Shown here: positions 41,701 to 52,216 of the stretch, in pieces
Numbering within the stretch: the first letter of the stretch is position 1
How the letters are laid out: each line of letters begins with the position of its first letter
Source: Phoronis australis
Lineage: Eukaryota > Animalia > Phoronida
Assembly (NCBI GenBank): GCA_002633005.1
Contig: NMRA01000152.1
Span: forward strand, 546,594 to 610,593
DNA length: 64,000 nt
Direction: 5' to 3'
Program-made: the position numbers and the translations under genes
The notes under the pieces: generated by a model
What the model was told of the DNA's origin: nothing
Databases searched by the model: none
The model's input: the letters and a program-made list of their open reading frames with translations, nothing else

Positions 41701-44700
41701 ACTGTAAACTATTCGATGACCAAAGAATTGAAATTCATTGTTGTTCCATTCGGGTAACAGCAGTCTTTGGTGGTTGATTGAGATTTTCCAGGTGTTCACA
41801 TTTTATTAAAATAATATTGGATAAGTAAGTCAGCAAATTAACAGAACCTGCAATATTAAATGGTTTGATAAGGGATTTTGTCCACAAATCTTTGCTATGT
41901 GCAACTAAACAGGTTTCTTAGGATGATTGATCTCGACCTTAAGCATCCATGATTAATGGCATTTCCAATTCACTAACAGGACTCGTGTCTTTTACGAAGG
42001 CTTACCCCATATGACTCCAGAAGACAATATAATTATAACTTCAATCAAGATCTTATGAGAATCAAATAATTGTTTTAAGTCTCTTGGCTGGTTTTGCCAT
42101 AAGGCCTGCCTTGGTTCAATGATTAATGTCCATAAACATCAACACAAAATACTCACAAAATCAAACTTAACAATAGATTTCAAATTCAGCTCGAGGACAG
42201 TGGGCTCAGGATACCAAAACATCCCAGGAAGTTTGTAAGTGCAGGTGAACAAAAATATTCGCGACTTTATTGAGACATAGCACATTTAATGGTAAGTGTC
42301 AAAATATTCGAAATAATCAAGCTATGATAATGATGAGGCATCACAAAATTGCTAGAATGGATAATTTAAAAAAAATATTTCATTAAACACACAAGTATGC
42401 ATCAGTAATGCACTATCATCCATGCAAAAGTTGATTCCACTTCACCTTTCAACTTGGACCAGTTTATGAAATTCAATCTAAAAAACAACAACCAACAACC
42501 GCTGACAAAACTTCACAATCGTTAAAGCTTAAATACCTGAAATCTTTCTGGCATATCAGTCATTCGTATCTCCTGATCTAGATCAGTGAACAGGCCTCGT
42601 TCCAATTCACTAGGCTCAAACACCTGTAAGTGATTATGAAATTACACAGGTGCAGATTTGTCAAGGTCAGAAGACCAGTTAAAGAGGCTGCTAATAACAA
42701 ACAGACTGCTTTACGTTCAACGTTAACAAATATGTTCAACACAAAGGAGCATTAAATTGACCTAACAAAATGCCTAAGCCTAAGTACCTCTTGTTTTGTT
42801 AAAGTTCCCGACACAATTAATTTGTAACATATTAGTTATTTCAATCCGACTCATCAAAGACATATGAGGCGATGAAAGAAACTCGTCCTAAAAAATTACT
42901 TGCTTTAAAGTTGCTACAAGCCACCCTTCGGTCAAAGAGACTAACTTTCAATTTACAGAACTTAAATTGTGTAAATTTTCAAAATTTTTGGGTGGCTGCA
43001 AACAACTGGATAGTATCGAAAACTGGTGAATCTTTTGAACTGAACTTACATGAGGTATTGTTTGGCATGTAATTAACTTGGTCATGTGTTTGGTCAAATG
43101 TAATTTTCTGTAAAAATTGTAAATATGAACTACTTGTTGAAAGGTGGACCCCTACGATTCATCTATTTGTGTAATTTCTGTCTTTGATAATGTTCTGATC
43201 CCAAGCATGACTGTGATGTATGTATGTGTAAGTGTATGCGTGTACTACTTTTTGTACAGTCAAATATTCTGTTCAATAAATACATATAAAAAAATTACAG
43301 CACTTAGCACTCAAGCATGAAGTGACTTCTGGGGTTGGAAAGACCTGTATGATGTGGGCCATGTGAGCCTGCGAGGTACGTCATAGTGCAAAGGTCACCT
43401 ACTTGCAGAGTTTTTTGTTTTCACTTTTTATTTCGCATACATTGTTAAAATAGTATTGTGGTTTAGTTCCTCCCAATATATTAGCAGTTAGGAGGATGCA
43501 CATACATCTTTAAAATCTAGGTGCTGCTGACCCAGCTGCGTAGTAATAGTCAGCTCAACACCTGACATCAAACAGGACAAGAACAAGTACAGTAAACAAT
43601 ATCCAATCTGGGCACTCTCTTGATTTGGGACTCTAGATTTTTATGACATGGAAACACCTGGTTCTAGAATTTGGGACAAGGGCGATTTTGGCGTTCACCA
43701 CGTTTCTCATGTGTTCTCAATCTACAGAAGGTAATTTGGATGTCTTTCCTGTGATTCTTGAATTTCTGACAGTTAATATTGTCTTAGAATTCGGGACAAG
43801 CTCTGACCAGAAGCGAAATAATTGATTTTTCACTGTCCCAAATTGGAGAATTTTTACCGTATTCATCAATACTGTAGACTCACATCAAAAATGCTTTTCT
43901 TGGCTGCCCTCTTCCTCGCTTTTTTGGTCTTCCTGCTCACAGTCTCTCCCTCTTCGTCCATATCTTCTGTCTCATACTAACACAAACCAACCATTATTAA
44001 TCGCAGTCAAACTGACAATGAAGATAATTTTTTTGTCTTAATAATAACAGCAATAATAAATTTATTATAATCACACAAGTACAGAGAAATCAAAGAAAAA
44101 CATAAAACACAAGACACAAATAAAAGCACAAGTGTAAGACAATGATACCATAAAAAGTCAGACTTTTTTACATTATGGTCCGTAAAAAATATAAAAGACA
44201 AAAGATAATCAGCAGTAAATAAATAAATCAGTTACTAAATAGGTAAATATATACGTAAAACATTAAAAATAATAAATAATTAAATAAATATATACTGAAA
44301 TAAATAAATAATAAATAAATAAACGAATGTCTTGGTCACTGTCAACTGGCATAACCTGAAAGCCACAACACACTAATATAAAATTGTGAGTTAATCCTGA
44401 CATAAAAAATGATAGCAAAAGGAATATAGTATTTGTACAATGCACATAATATGTCCCTGAAGAAAGAGATTTGGCAAGAGGTCTCATGTGCAACAGAGAG
44501 CAATTTTAGGAAGACATGATACTTACATGACTGGCAACACACCATTAAAACGTTGATTAAAACGTCAATTATTGATGGTTTAAACTTTCGACCAACCGTC
44601 ATGACAAACACAAACAGTCACTTACAGGTATCCCGCATTTTGAGATTCCTCCACTGAACGACGGGCATCAAATTGGTTCTCAAAATTGGAGACACCTGTA

Positions 44701-47700
44701 AATTGCATATCAAATGCCAGCCTACCTCATCCTCAGCCTCTTCTTCATCTTCTTCATACTCGTCGCCGTACTGCTCAAACTCGTCAAAGTCAAAATCGAC
44801 ACCGAATATATCTTGAGCCTCTTGAAGAGCTCTGGAAGTGAGAAATTGAAACGGAGCAGTCACAAAGACTTTTGGCACACTTTCTAAAAACTATTTAAAC
44901 TGAGATTACAGTTTACGGCCATGTACGAGGCACCCAAACATTTACGCATACAATCGGGTACACAAACCTGCACTTTTGAGTGTATAGTACAAAAACACGA
45001 GCGAACAGCTAAAATTTTCAAGTTTACAAACCTACGGATTTGAGGATTTAGATCACTTTTTAATTTGTTTGTGCGTTTGAAAAATTATTGTTGTAAAATG
45101 ATAGGTTGGTAAACTCAAAAATTTTTAACTGTCTGCTCGTATTCTAGGACTAAACACTCGCAAGTGCGAGTTTGTGCACTCGCATAACTGATTGTGCATG
45201 CCAATGTTAGGGTGCATTGATGTAGTAGTATATTGACTTGAGTCATGCCAAAACATTGAACAAAGAATTCTCAAATTATTATCAGACTTTTATGCTGAGC
45301 ACATTGTAAATGACCCATCCATCTGTCCATGGTACACATTGTAAATGACCCATCCATCTGTCCATGGTACACATTGTACTTGACCCATCCAACTGAAGAC
45401 ACGTCCATCCATCTGTCCATGGTACACATTGTACATGACCCATCCAACTGATGACAAGTCCATCCATCTGTCCATAGTACACATTGCACATGACCCATAC
45501 AACTGACGACAAGTCCATCCATGAGACCATGGTACACATTGTACATGACCCATCCAACGGATGACACGTTCATCCATCTGTCCATGGTACACATTGTACA
45601 TGGCCCATCCAACTGATGACACGTCCATCCATGCATCTTTCCATGGTACACATTGTAAATGACCCATCCAACTGACGACAAGTCCACCCATCTGTCCATG
45701 GTACACATTGTACATGGCCCATCCAACTGATGGACAAGTCCATCCATCTGTCCATGGTACTGACTGAATTAAGCAAGGATAACCTGTCCAATAGCTAATT
45801 CACGAGTAACGACTCTCCACTGCACTTGTCGGAGATATCGACATACAGCAATGTGCAGAGGTGTATACACACATGCCCCACATCCATCAATAAAAAGAAT
45901 GACTGCAAAATCCACTGTCGTCATAGTTGCAAACGATATATTCATACAAATCTCTACATGGCAATTAAACTATTCACTAAAACATTACTCAAAAACTCAG
46001 TGAACTTTACTAATATGCTACATCAATCCACACAGACCAGCACCTTAATTGCCAGAAGCACTTACTGGTCATGATGTATGATATGCTTTTTCTTCTTCTT
46101 GGCCTGACTTATGGGTTGACCGTCTTCATCCACGATGAAATCGTCAACATCTAAATAGCCAAGAGGAGATAAATCAATACACAAAGACGAGCTAAAGATA
46201 AAACCATTACCAGATACAGATATAAGTGCGCAAGAAATTGTGAAAAGGGAAAGTATAATGGAATGGTTCACTAAAACTTGGTACGTGCATTGGCCATTAT
46301 CTGCTTCCAGAACTGTCATGAGCATTGGATCCCACAATAAGCACTTCACAGCATAAGCAGTGGTGAAGACTGACTGAAATCTTCTGCATTGGACAAACTA
46401 CAAGAAAACAAAGGTGATCATTTCAATGTGTCAATAAAACAACATGAACAATGGTTAGAATCATCTACCTGACTCCTCTTCCTCATCAAGATTTCCGAAC
46501 TCGTTCTCGTCCTTCTGTGGAGGGGGCGCTTCTTTCGGTGAACCTGGTTCTTCGTCGTCATCCTCAAACAGCTCGTTAGCTATTACGTCGCGGTCGTCGG
46601 GTTTCTCAGCCACTTCCTCTTTGTCACTTTCTTCATCATCTGACATCATCCGGATACGCTTTCTCTGTAAGGCACGTGATATCATTCAAAGCTGGCACAT
46701 GAGTCGACAAACGAGCAAATGGAAAAAAACAAGAGCAAAGTGAGGTTTTTGAACATCGTCAATTGTCATTATACAACAATGCTTTGATGATTACAATCTG
46801 CTGTTGTATTGATGTGTTGTAAGTCAATGTCACTTTTCTCTTATTGTTGTAAAAATGATAACAGTTGAATATTCCTATTTATTATTGTGTGTTCATTGAC
46901 TAAAGCCCAGATATAATGCTAACTGCGGTTTCCGCGCTGAATTTTACAGAATTATTATATTCGTGTATGTCTTAATAAATTGGTAACTGTTAAAAAAAAT
47001 GATTACACAGTAATTGTATAGATGTCTTGAATAATTATTAGCCAAAAATTAGTATTTATACACCTCACAACATCCAAGTCTCAATTATAAGATTTTGGGC
47101 TTCCACACCAGATGCACTGCCAAAAGGTTAAGGCATATGATAAATGCAACCGAAGTTTCAGTACAAAATTAACAGAACAATACAAACCGCAGGTGTATTG
47201 GCTATGGTCCTTTGCACCATAAGGCAGATATGAATTAATTACACACCAAAGTATACGCATTTAAACACAATTATAAACCTATTTCTTAGTCACTGGTAAG
47301 AGTAAGCCCAGAATTTGAGTTGAAATGGAATTTCTCACCTTCTTCTTGATCTTAATTCCCAGATTTTCCTGAATGAGATCGTAATCATCATCGGACAGTT
47401 GATCATCATAGTCCGACAGCTTGCGTTTCCCTTCTTCATCATCACTCTCCCCCGTGCCTGTCCCCCCTTCTTCCTCTTCTTCTTCCTCTACTTCATCATT
47501 GATAAGGTCCTTGAGATCTTCTGAAAAGAAATCCCACGGATGCTGTATTTCAACAATCCATTATCAAGTCACTGTTTTGGTACAGCTATGTGCTATCATA
47601 AAAGAGACTAAAACTAAAATTGGTTTTTAAAGGTTTAATTTTTAAGGCATAGGTTTGTGCAAGAGAGTGACATGGTGTTTGCATGGCTCAATGTTATTAC

Positions 47701-48056
47701 AGAAAATAAAAGTGACTGATAAGATTAAAAAAACGAAAGAGATTAATTTACTTTAACGTTACAGATGTCTATGATCGTTAAGTCTGAAAACTCTGATTTT
47801 CATCAACTTATGTCCCAGACTGACACTCCAAGGTAGATTTATAATTATGGTAAATTCCTGGTAAAACGTTTTAACTGAAGGAATTTCAGTTTCTCTTTGC
47901 ATTAAACATCAATGTATGTTTAAGCAAAGTTCAATACTGACCTCCGTCATCATCTTCTTCATCTTCCTCTTCATCATCACTGATGACGGCCTTCTTCTTT
48001 CCCACTTCTAATTCCTCTTCAGACTCCTCAGCCTCGCTCTCAAGAAAGTCCGACAT
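17800..48056 (-). CDS. SUPT6H: Transcription elongation factor / histone chaperone SPT6, 36 coding exons, 1726 aa
   Basis: Hand-spliced GT-AG exons: 48056-47942, 47520-47339, 46664-46469, 46150-46066, 44831-44726, 43976-43884, 42623-42537, 41093-40992, 40580-40479, 39389-39300, 38976-38837, 38395-38163, 37655-37526, 36262-36112, 35689-35594, 35141-35040, 34840-34664, 34378-34281, 33769-33652, 33206-32994, 31895-31758, 31218-31051, 30111-29984 (these last three repeated at 29740-27799), 26931-26724, 26313-26166, 25496-25348, 24845-24705, 24416-24310, 23532-23444, 22691-22576, 22300-22178, 21445-21288, 20725-20535, 19816-19548, 19079-18838, 17989-17800; 5181 nt. Acidic N-terminus [29 protein letters not shown], YqgF/HhH region ([24 protein letters not shown]), [25 protein letters not shown]1 domain, tandem SH2 ([25 protein letters not shown]), C-terminal [10 protein letters not shown]. 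Confidence 0.97.
18669..18820. mobile_element. Short MITE in the last SPT6 intron; inverted partial copy at 16818-16889
   Basis: Left end AAAACTGGCGTGCGTTCAGTAGACGCTAGGACC, degenerate right end GGTCCAGCGTTACTGAACGGGAGGCAGTTTT. Confidence 0.7.
20314..20454. repeat. Diverged tandem duplication, about 70 bp x2
   Basis: GACAAGAAAATTTTCTGG...TAGAAATG.TGACTTCAA...CTACACGTG starting at 20314 and 20384. Confidence 0.85.
23726..23926 (-). mobile_element. Single arm of the tRNA-derived repeat, including about 40 bp upstream of the tRNA head
   Basis: Reverse complement aligns to 25757-25952, including the pre-tRNA segment GATGCCCAC...TTTCTGTGTTTGACCAGTGG. Confidence 0.8.
25557..25952. mobile_element. 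Palindromic tRNA-derived repeat, longest copy (two inverted arms, tRNA-like heads facing outward)
   Basis: Ends TCACAAACATTTTTAAGTC...ACTTAAAATGTTTGTGA. Cloverleaf-like head at 25802-25874 (+) with A box GCTCAGTGG and B box GGTTCGAGTTCC; partial head on minus strand at about 25638-25679. Confidence 0.8.
27988..28115. repeat. 27-bp minisatellite, about 5 copies, each unit a hairpin (counterpart at 30173-30300)
   Basis: (TCATTGCTT-GGCCT-AAGCAATGA-CAAG)n; no spacers. Confidence 0.95.
29294..29381. mobile_element. Minimal hairpin derivative of the tRNA-derived repeat (outer arms only); counterpart in the other block copy at about 31479-31548
   Basis: CATTTTAAGTCTTG...TTGGCCACATC-T-GATGTGGCCAA...CAAGACTTAAAATG; matches the outer 40 bp of both arms of the family. 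Confidence 0.75.
39485..39700. repeat. AT-rich foldback containing two tandem ~95-bp hairpin units
   Basis: Outer GACAATGAAGAAGCAGTT / AACTGCTTCTACACTGTC inverted pair; inner units TTTTAAAATC...GGATTTTAAACTG occur twice. Confidence 0.7.
39982..40128. repeat. Near-perfect inverted repeat, 68-bp arms, 11-nt loop
   Basis: 39982-40049 is the reverse complement of 40061-40128 with one mismatch. Confidence 0.95.
40010..40057 (-). ncRNA. Minimal type I hammerhead ribozyme motif (Penelope-like-element type)
   Basis: Minus strand reads GACTT-CTGAGGA-T-GGTGT-ttaataaatg-ACACC-GAAAC-AT-GTC-AAGTT: stem I GACUU/AAGUU, core CUGANGA, stem II GGUGU/ACACC, GAAA, palindromic stem III ACAUGU, GUC cleavage triplet. 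Confidence 0.75.
43590..43859. mobile_element. Old TA-flanked Tc1/mariner-type MITE
   Basis: TA-CAGTAAACAATATCCAATCTGGG ... CCCAAATTGGAGAATTTTTACCG-TA; internal repeated AATTTGGGAC motifs. Confidence 0.65.
44930..45215. mobile_element. Old foldback MITE with about 120-bp degenerate arms
   Basis: GCACCCAAACATTTACGCATACAATCGG pairs with CTGATTGTGCATGCCAATGTTAGGGTGC; further complementary blocks inward. Confidence 0.65.
45300..45760. repeat. 55-bp minisatellite (about 7 full units plus two 35-bp truncated units)
   Basis: Unit CACATTGTACATGACCCATCCAACTGATGACAAGTCCATCCATCTGTCCATGGTA; explains the repetitive minus-strand ORFs here. Confidence 0.95.
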
Positions 48057-48600
48057 TGTGACCAAAGAAAGTCTGAAATTGACAAGTCTCCATATAGTTA
48101 ACTCAAATGAAATTCATGAATTGTATACATTGCCACAAAGTTTCTCATTGGTACCAGTTTGTAATTAAAACAGTGGGTATTATGTTACAAGTATGGGTCT
48201 CCAATAAATGACAGGTTTCCAAATGTGCGAGTAAATATATAAAGGCCTCTTTTTATCAAGCAACCACAGGCATGGCTCGCTGGCCTGGTGAGTGCAGCAG
48301 ACTGTCGCAGACGAGGCAGGTGTTCGATTGCTAGCTGGATAAAAAACTGTAACTAAAGTTCACCACAAATTCTCTTGGCGTCTTGCCCAATGCAGCGTAG
48401 TTTTGAACTGACAACTAGTAAACGGCAATTTCCCCCGTGTAGCTGGGGCCAAGGAACTATTGAACACTTTCAGGGAAATATTCTGTTACTTTATTTTTAA
48501 CAGATTTTTACAGAGAATTTAATTCCCAACATCCGCAACATGATACAGTCTATATGCAGAATATTGGTAAATTGGCAACAGTTGACAACCATGCCCATGA

Positions 48601-49260
48601 TAGCGAGGACAGCATTCTTCAGCGAATCGCTTCGCGTATCTGTCACCGTGTTAAATTCGCTCACTACAATCGGCAAAAAATAACTCAAAAATGTAATAAA
48701 TGTGAATAAAAATTATTGCAAACTATGAAAAAATATATTGTTTTACTTATCTGATAATCTTTTTTGTCGCAAAATTCGTTTAATAATACTTTGCACGAGT
48801 TTTTTGCAGGGACGTGACCGATTTTTCAGACCAAAATGGATGCCGGTAAAAATGAGTGCTATTTGGTTTTCAACCCAGGAGAAGACTAAACTCGCGAATT
48901 TTTACGTGAAACTTCGTGAAAGAACAAAAGGGAGCCTTGCGAACACGATTATGTAAGTAGTTTTCACTTTCCTGCACTTAAAAGTTGAAAAAGTCGCCTG
49001 TTCCCGCGACCTTCAACTTCGAGCTGAATTTATTGGTATATAGAATAATTTGCGAATGTAATGAACTGTATTCCGCACTAAAGGGTTCATTAATGAACTA
49101 TTTCAAACACTTGTTCTAAACGAACATTTCGTCAATTTCTGACAATCGGGCGAATTTCTGACTCACTTCGTAGTTCCGGGTACTGCCGCTAGGGGTGGTC
49201 CTGTGAATCGCGTTGAATGTTTGGTTTACAATACTGAAGCACTTCAACTTTTGCTGATGA
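48601..49260. mobile_element. Probable haplotype-specific DNA transposon insertion in the SPT6 5' UTR intron (truncated by gap)
   Basis: Begins exactly where identity with the second copy ends (CCCATGA|TAGCGAGG vs CCCATGA|ATAATAAA); CpG-rich with repeated GCGAAT/ATTCGC motifs like subterminal transposase-binding sites. Confidence 0.5.
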
Positions 49261-49344
49261 NNNNNNNNNNNNNNNNNNNNNNNNNNNNNNNNNNNNNNNN
49301 NNNNNNNNNNNNNNNNNNNNNNNNNNNNNNNNNNNNNNNNNNNN
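49261..49344. other. Assembly gap (84 N); single-n joins also at 26711 and 29860
   Basis: Seen directly in the sequence. Confidence 0.99.
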
Positions 49345-50183
49345 CAGATGTCTATGATCGTTAAGTCTGATAACTCTGATTTTCATCAACTTATGTCCCA
49401 GGCTGACACTCCAAGGTAGATTTATAATTATGGTAAATTCCTGGTAAAACGTTTTAACTGAAGGAATTTCAGTTAGTCTCTTTGCATTAAACATCAATGT
49501 ATGTTTAAGCAAGGTTCAATACTGACCTCCGTCATCATCTTCTTCATCTTCCTCTTCATCATCACTGATGACGGCCTTCTTCTTTCCCACTTCTAATTCC
49601 TCTTCAGACTCCTCAGCCTCGCTCTCAAGAAAGTCCGACATTGTGACCAAAGAAAGTCTGAAATTGACAAGTCTCCATATAGTTAACTCAAATGAAATAT
49701 ATGAATTGTATACATTGCCACAAAGTTTCTCATTGGTACCAGTTTGTAATTAAAACAGTGGGTATTATGTTACAAGTATGGGTCTCCAATAAATGACAGG
49801 TTTCCAAATGTGCGAGTAAATATATAAAGGCCTCTTTTTATCAAGCAACCACAGGCATGGCTCGCTGGCCTGGTGGTGCAGCAGACTGCCGCAGACGGGG
49901 CAGGTGTTCGATTGCTAGCTGGATAAAAAACTGTAACTAAAGTTCCCCACAAATTCTCTTGGCGTCTTGCCCAATGCAGCGTAGTTTTGAACTGACAACT
50001 AGTAAACGGCAATTTCCCCGTGTAGCTGGGGCCAAGGAACTATTGAACACTTTCAGGGAAATATTCTGTTACTTTATTCTTAACAGATTTTTAAAGAGAA
50101 TTTCTTTCCCAACATCCGCAACATGATACAGTCTATATGCAGAATATTGGTAAATTGGCAACAGTTGACAACCATGCCCATGA
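49345..50183 (-). other. SUPT6H: Second copy of SPT6 first coding exon (49641-49527) and flanks; probable alternate haplotype after N-gap
   Basis: Near-identical to 47762-48600 and starts immediately after the 84-N gap (49261-49344). The exon sequence appears identical. Confidence 0.88.
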
Positions 50184-50739
50184 ATAATAAAATTTTTGAA
50201 ACTTAAAACTGAAGGTGTAGTGTGATGTCGTATATCTGATGCTGGGCGGATACGTTTTTGTATTCTGCATTTAAAGTGTGGTTAATCTGCAGTAAGTGTA
50301 GTATTATAAAGGCCTCTCTTAATCACTCGCTTACGTGCAATTGCTGAGAATTGCTCTCGACTGGTTAGGACGCCTGGCAATGAACTTATAAAAGAAGGTT
50401 CGTAACTTGGACTAGGTGATTTTTCACTACCAAACTGATAAGAAGATGAGGTGTAAAATACTAACATTATGTGGGTACGATTTTGGAGTCGTGTAAACAA
50501 TCACCCTTCTAAATAGATTTACCCTCCAGAATCGACACTCGTCAGTGATCCGAAGAATTGGCGAAATGGACGAGACGACAACAACGAGCGAGGATGAGTT
50601 GACTGCATGTGAAGGTCATAATAACAAGCACCAACGAAATAAAAACCTGGAAAGTTCACACATAGTAATACAATTAAACCCAAGGCATCAGCTAGCTGAC
50701 ATAAAACGCACAACAAGCGTGCAAGAAGCGTTAAAACGT

Positions 50740-50790
50740 AACTCACCTTCGATTAAAAATGTCGAACAAGTGCGAGCGGAAGTGCTTTGA
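50740..50790 (-). promoter_or_regulatory. Probable SPT6 non-coding first exon / core promoter
   Basis: An acceptor AG lies 16 nt upstream of the ATG (exon starts 48072), implying a 5' UTR exon. Consensus donor AAG|GTGAGT at 50747/50746; ETS-type CGGAAGTG at 50777-50784 in a CpG-richer patch. Confidence 0.55.
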
Positions 50791-52216
50791 ATGACGATCC
50801 AACTTTGTTTTTATTATAAAAACAACTGAACGACTTTCTCTGAATATTTATATCAAATTTAATCGAAATTATAAGTAGACATAACTCATTGCGAATTTTA
50901 AGTGACTTAAAAAGGATTGCGTGACATATTTGTTGCAATTTATTCTTAACAAAAGGTAGCGCTAAATACTTTAGCCGATGTTCCTTTGTTGACAATGTGA
51001 AGTGACAAGTCACTGTGTGAGCCAAGATCACCATTGCCAACTAATGCCAAATTGTTTTCGTCCTTATTAAAGTGGCATGCAACAAATGCCATTCTACCTA
51101 ATTAATGCTAAATTGCTTTACACCCATAGACACACAATCTTCAGTGCCAATGCTATAACCTGTGTAATGATTTAAGCCCCCTTCTGGCCACCGTTTGTCA
51201 GGGTAGGTTACTAAGTTGACTTGACACTAAAAAGTTACCAGTGAACCCTACTGTATAGCACTGCATATCGCAACCGTTAATTCAGTATCCAAGAAACGAA
51301 AAAAAAAAACATGGGCGGCGCACCATACTGAGGAGGCTACTGAGGGTTCATGTTTATTCGGGCTGGTTCCCCTGGTGTCTATGACGGTGTTCATAATCCG
51401 TAGAACGATAATAGAAAGTGACGAAAATGGCCCATCAACAGACATCCAGGTTATGGTTCTACTTCTACTCTTGAGGAAACACGAATGACTGACGTAGAAT
51501 GTCTTCAACTGACGGTAGGACATTGTGTTAGCTCAATAGAAATGAATACAAGCTGGATGCAGGACTTTAGCTGGGCAGTCCACGTCACATTAAACACCGG
51601 CAAAATATTCGTTTTTTTAGAAGACCTGATTTATTCGCTGCGACATCAAGCTATATTCAAAATCCCGGCATTTCTTTGTCAAACAAAGTTCGGCATTTGA
51701 ATGGGTCGTACATCTTTGCAAGAGAAATATACAAAGCGAGAGAAAGTAACTGTGTTCGAGAGTGGCAAAACTAACGCCAAACGGTGTTCTAGAAAGGCCA
51801 TTCTAAACATAGCACTCGAATGAATTGAGACTTTAGAGCCCTTGACGTGCAACAGAATCCAAATTCTACGTAACCCGTAACTTCATTCAATGCCTAAAAA
51901 GCAAGATACGCACGCTTTAAACCACAAAGACCGCGAAAATTGGCTACGAGCATTACATTTTGGACAATGTTGCAGTTGGAATTTCTGTAACGCCGCATCA
52001 GAATGTCTCAATACCATTTTCGAACACGTTGTAACTTCGCTTGAATAGCTGACTACCGAAGCAATATTTAGCTTTGAAACTACAAAAACTAAAAATATTG
52101 TATTAACTGAAACGAAAAGAACGACTGACATTGAAACTTTTAAATATGTATTGAAAATGCATGCTGTGAATTTAACATAAACCATTGTATGCAAGAAGAA
52201 TATTGCACTATTAATT

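Noticed and set aside
45271-45791. Repetitive Cys/Met/Trp-rich ORFs, and CTGATGA in tandem units suggesting a retrozyme
   Set aside because: Translation of a 55-bp minisatellite; no stem II or GAAA follows CTGATGA.
47421-48168. Ser-rich plus-strand ORFs, and other plus-strand ORFs over SPT6 exons
   Set aside because: Antisense shadows of Asp/Glu-rich SPT6 exons.
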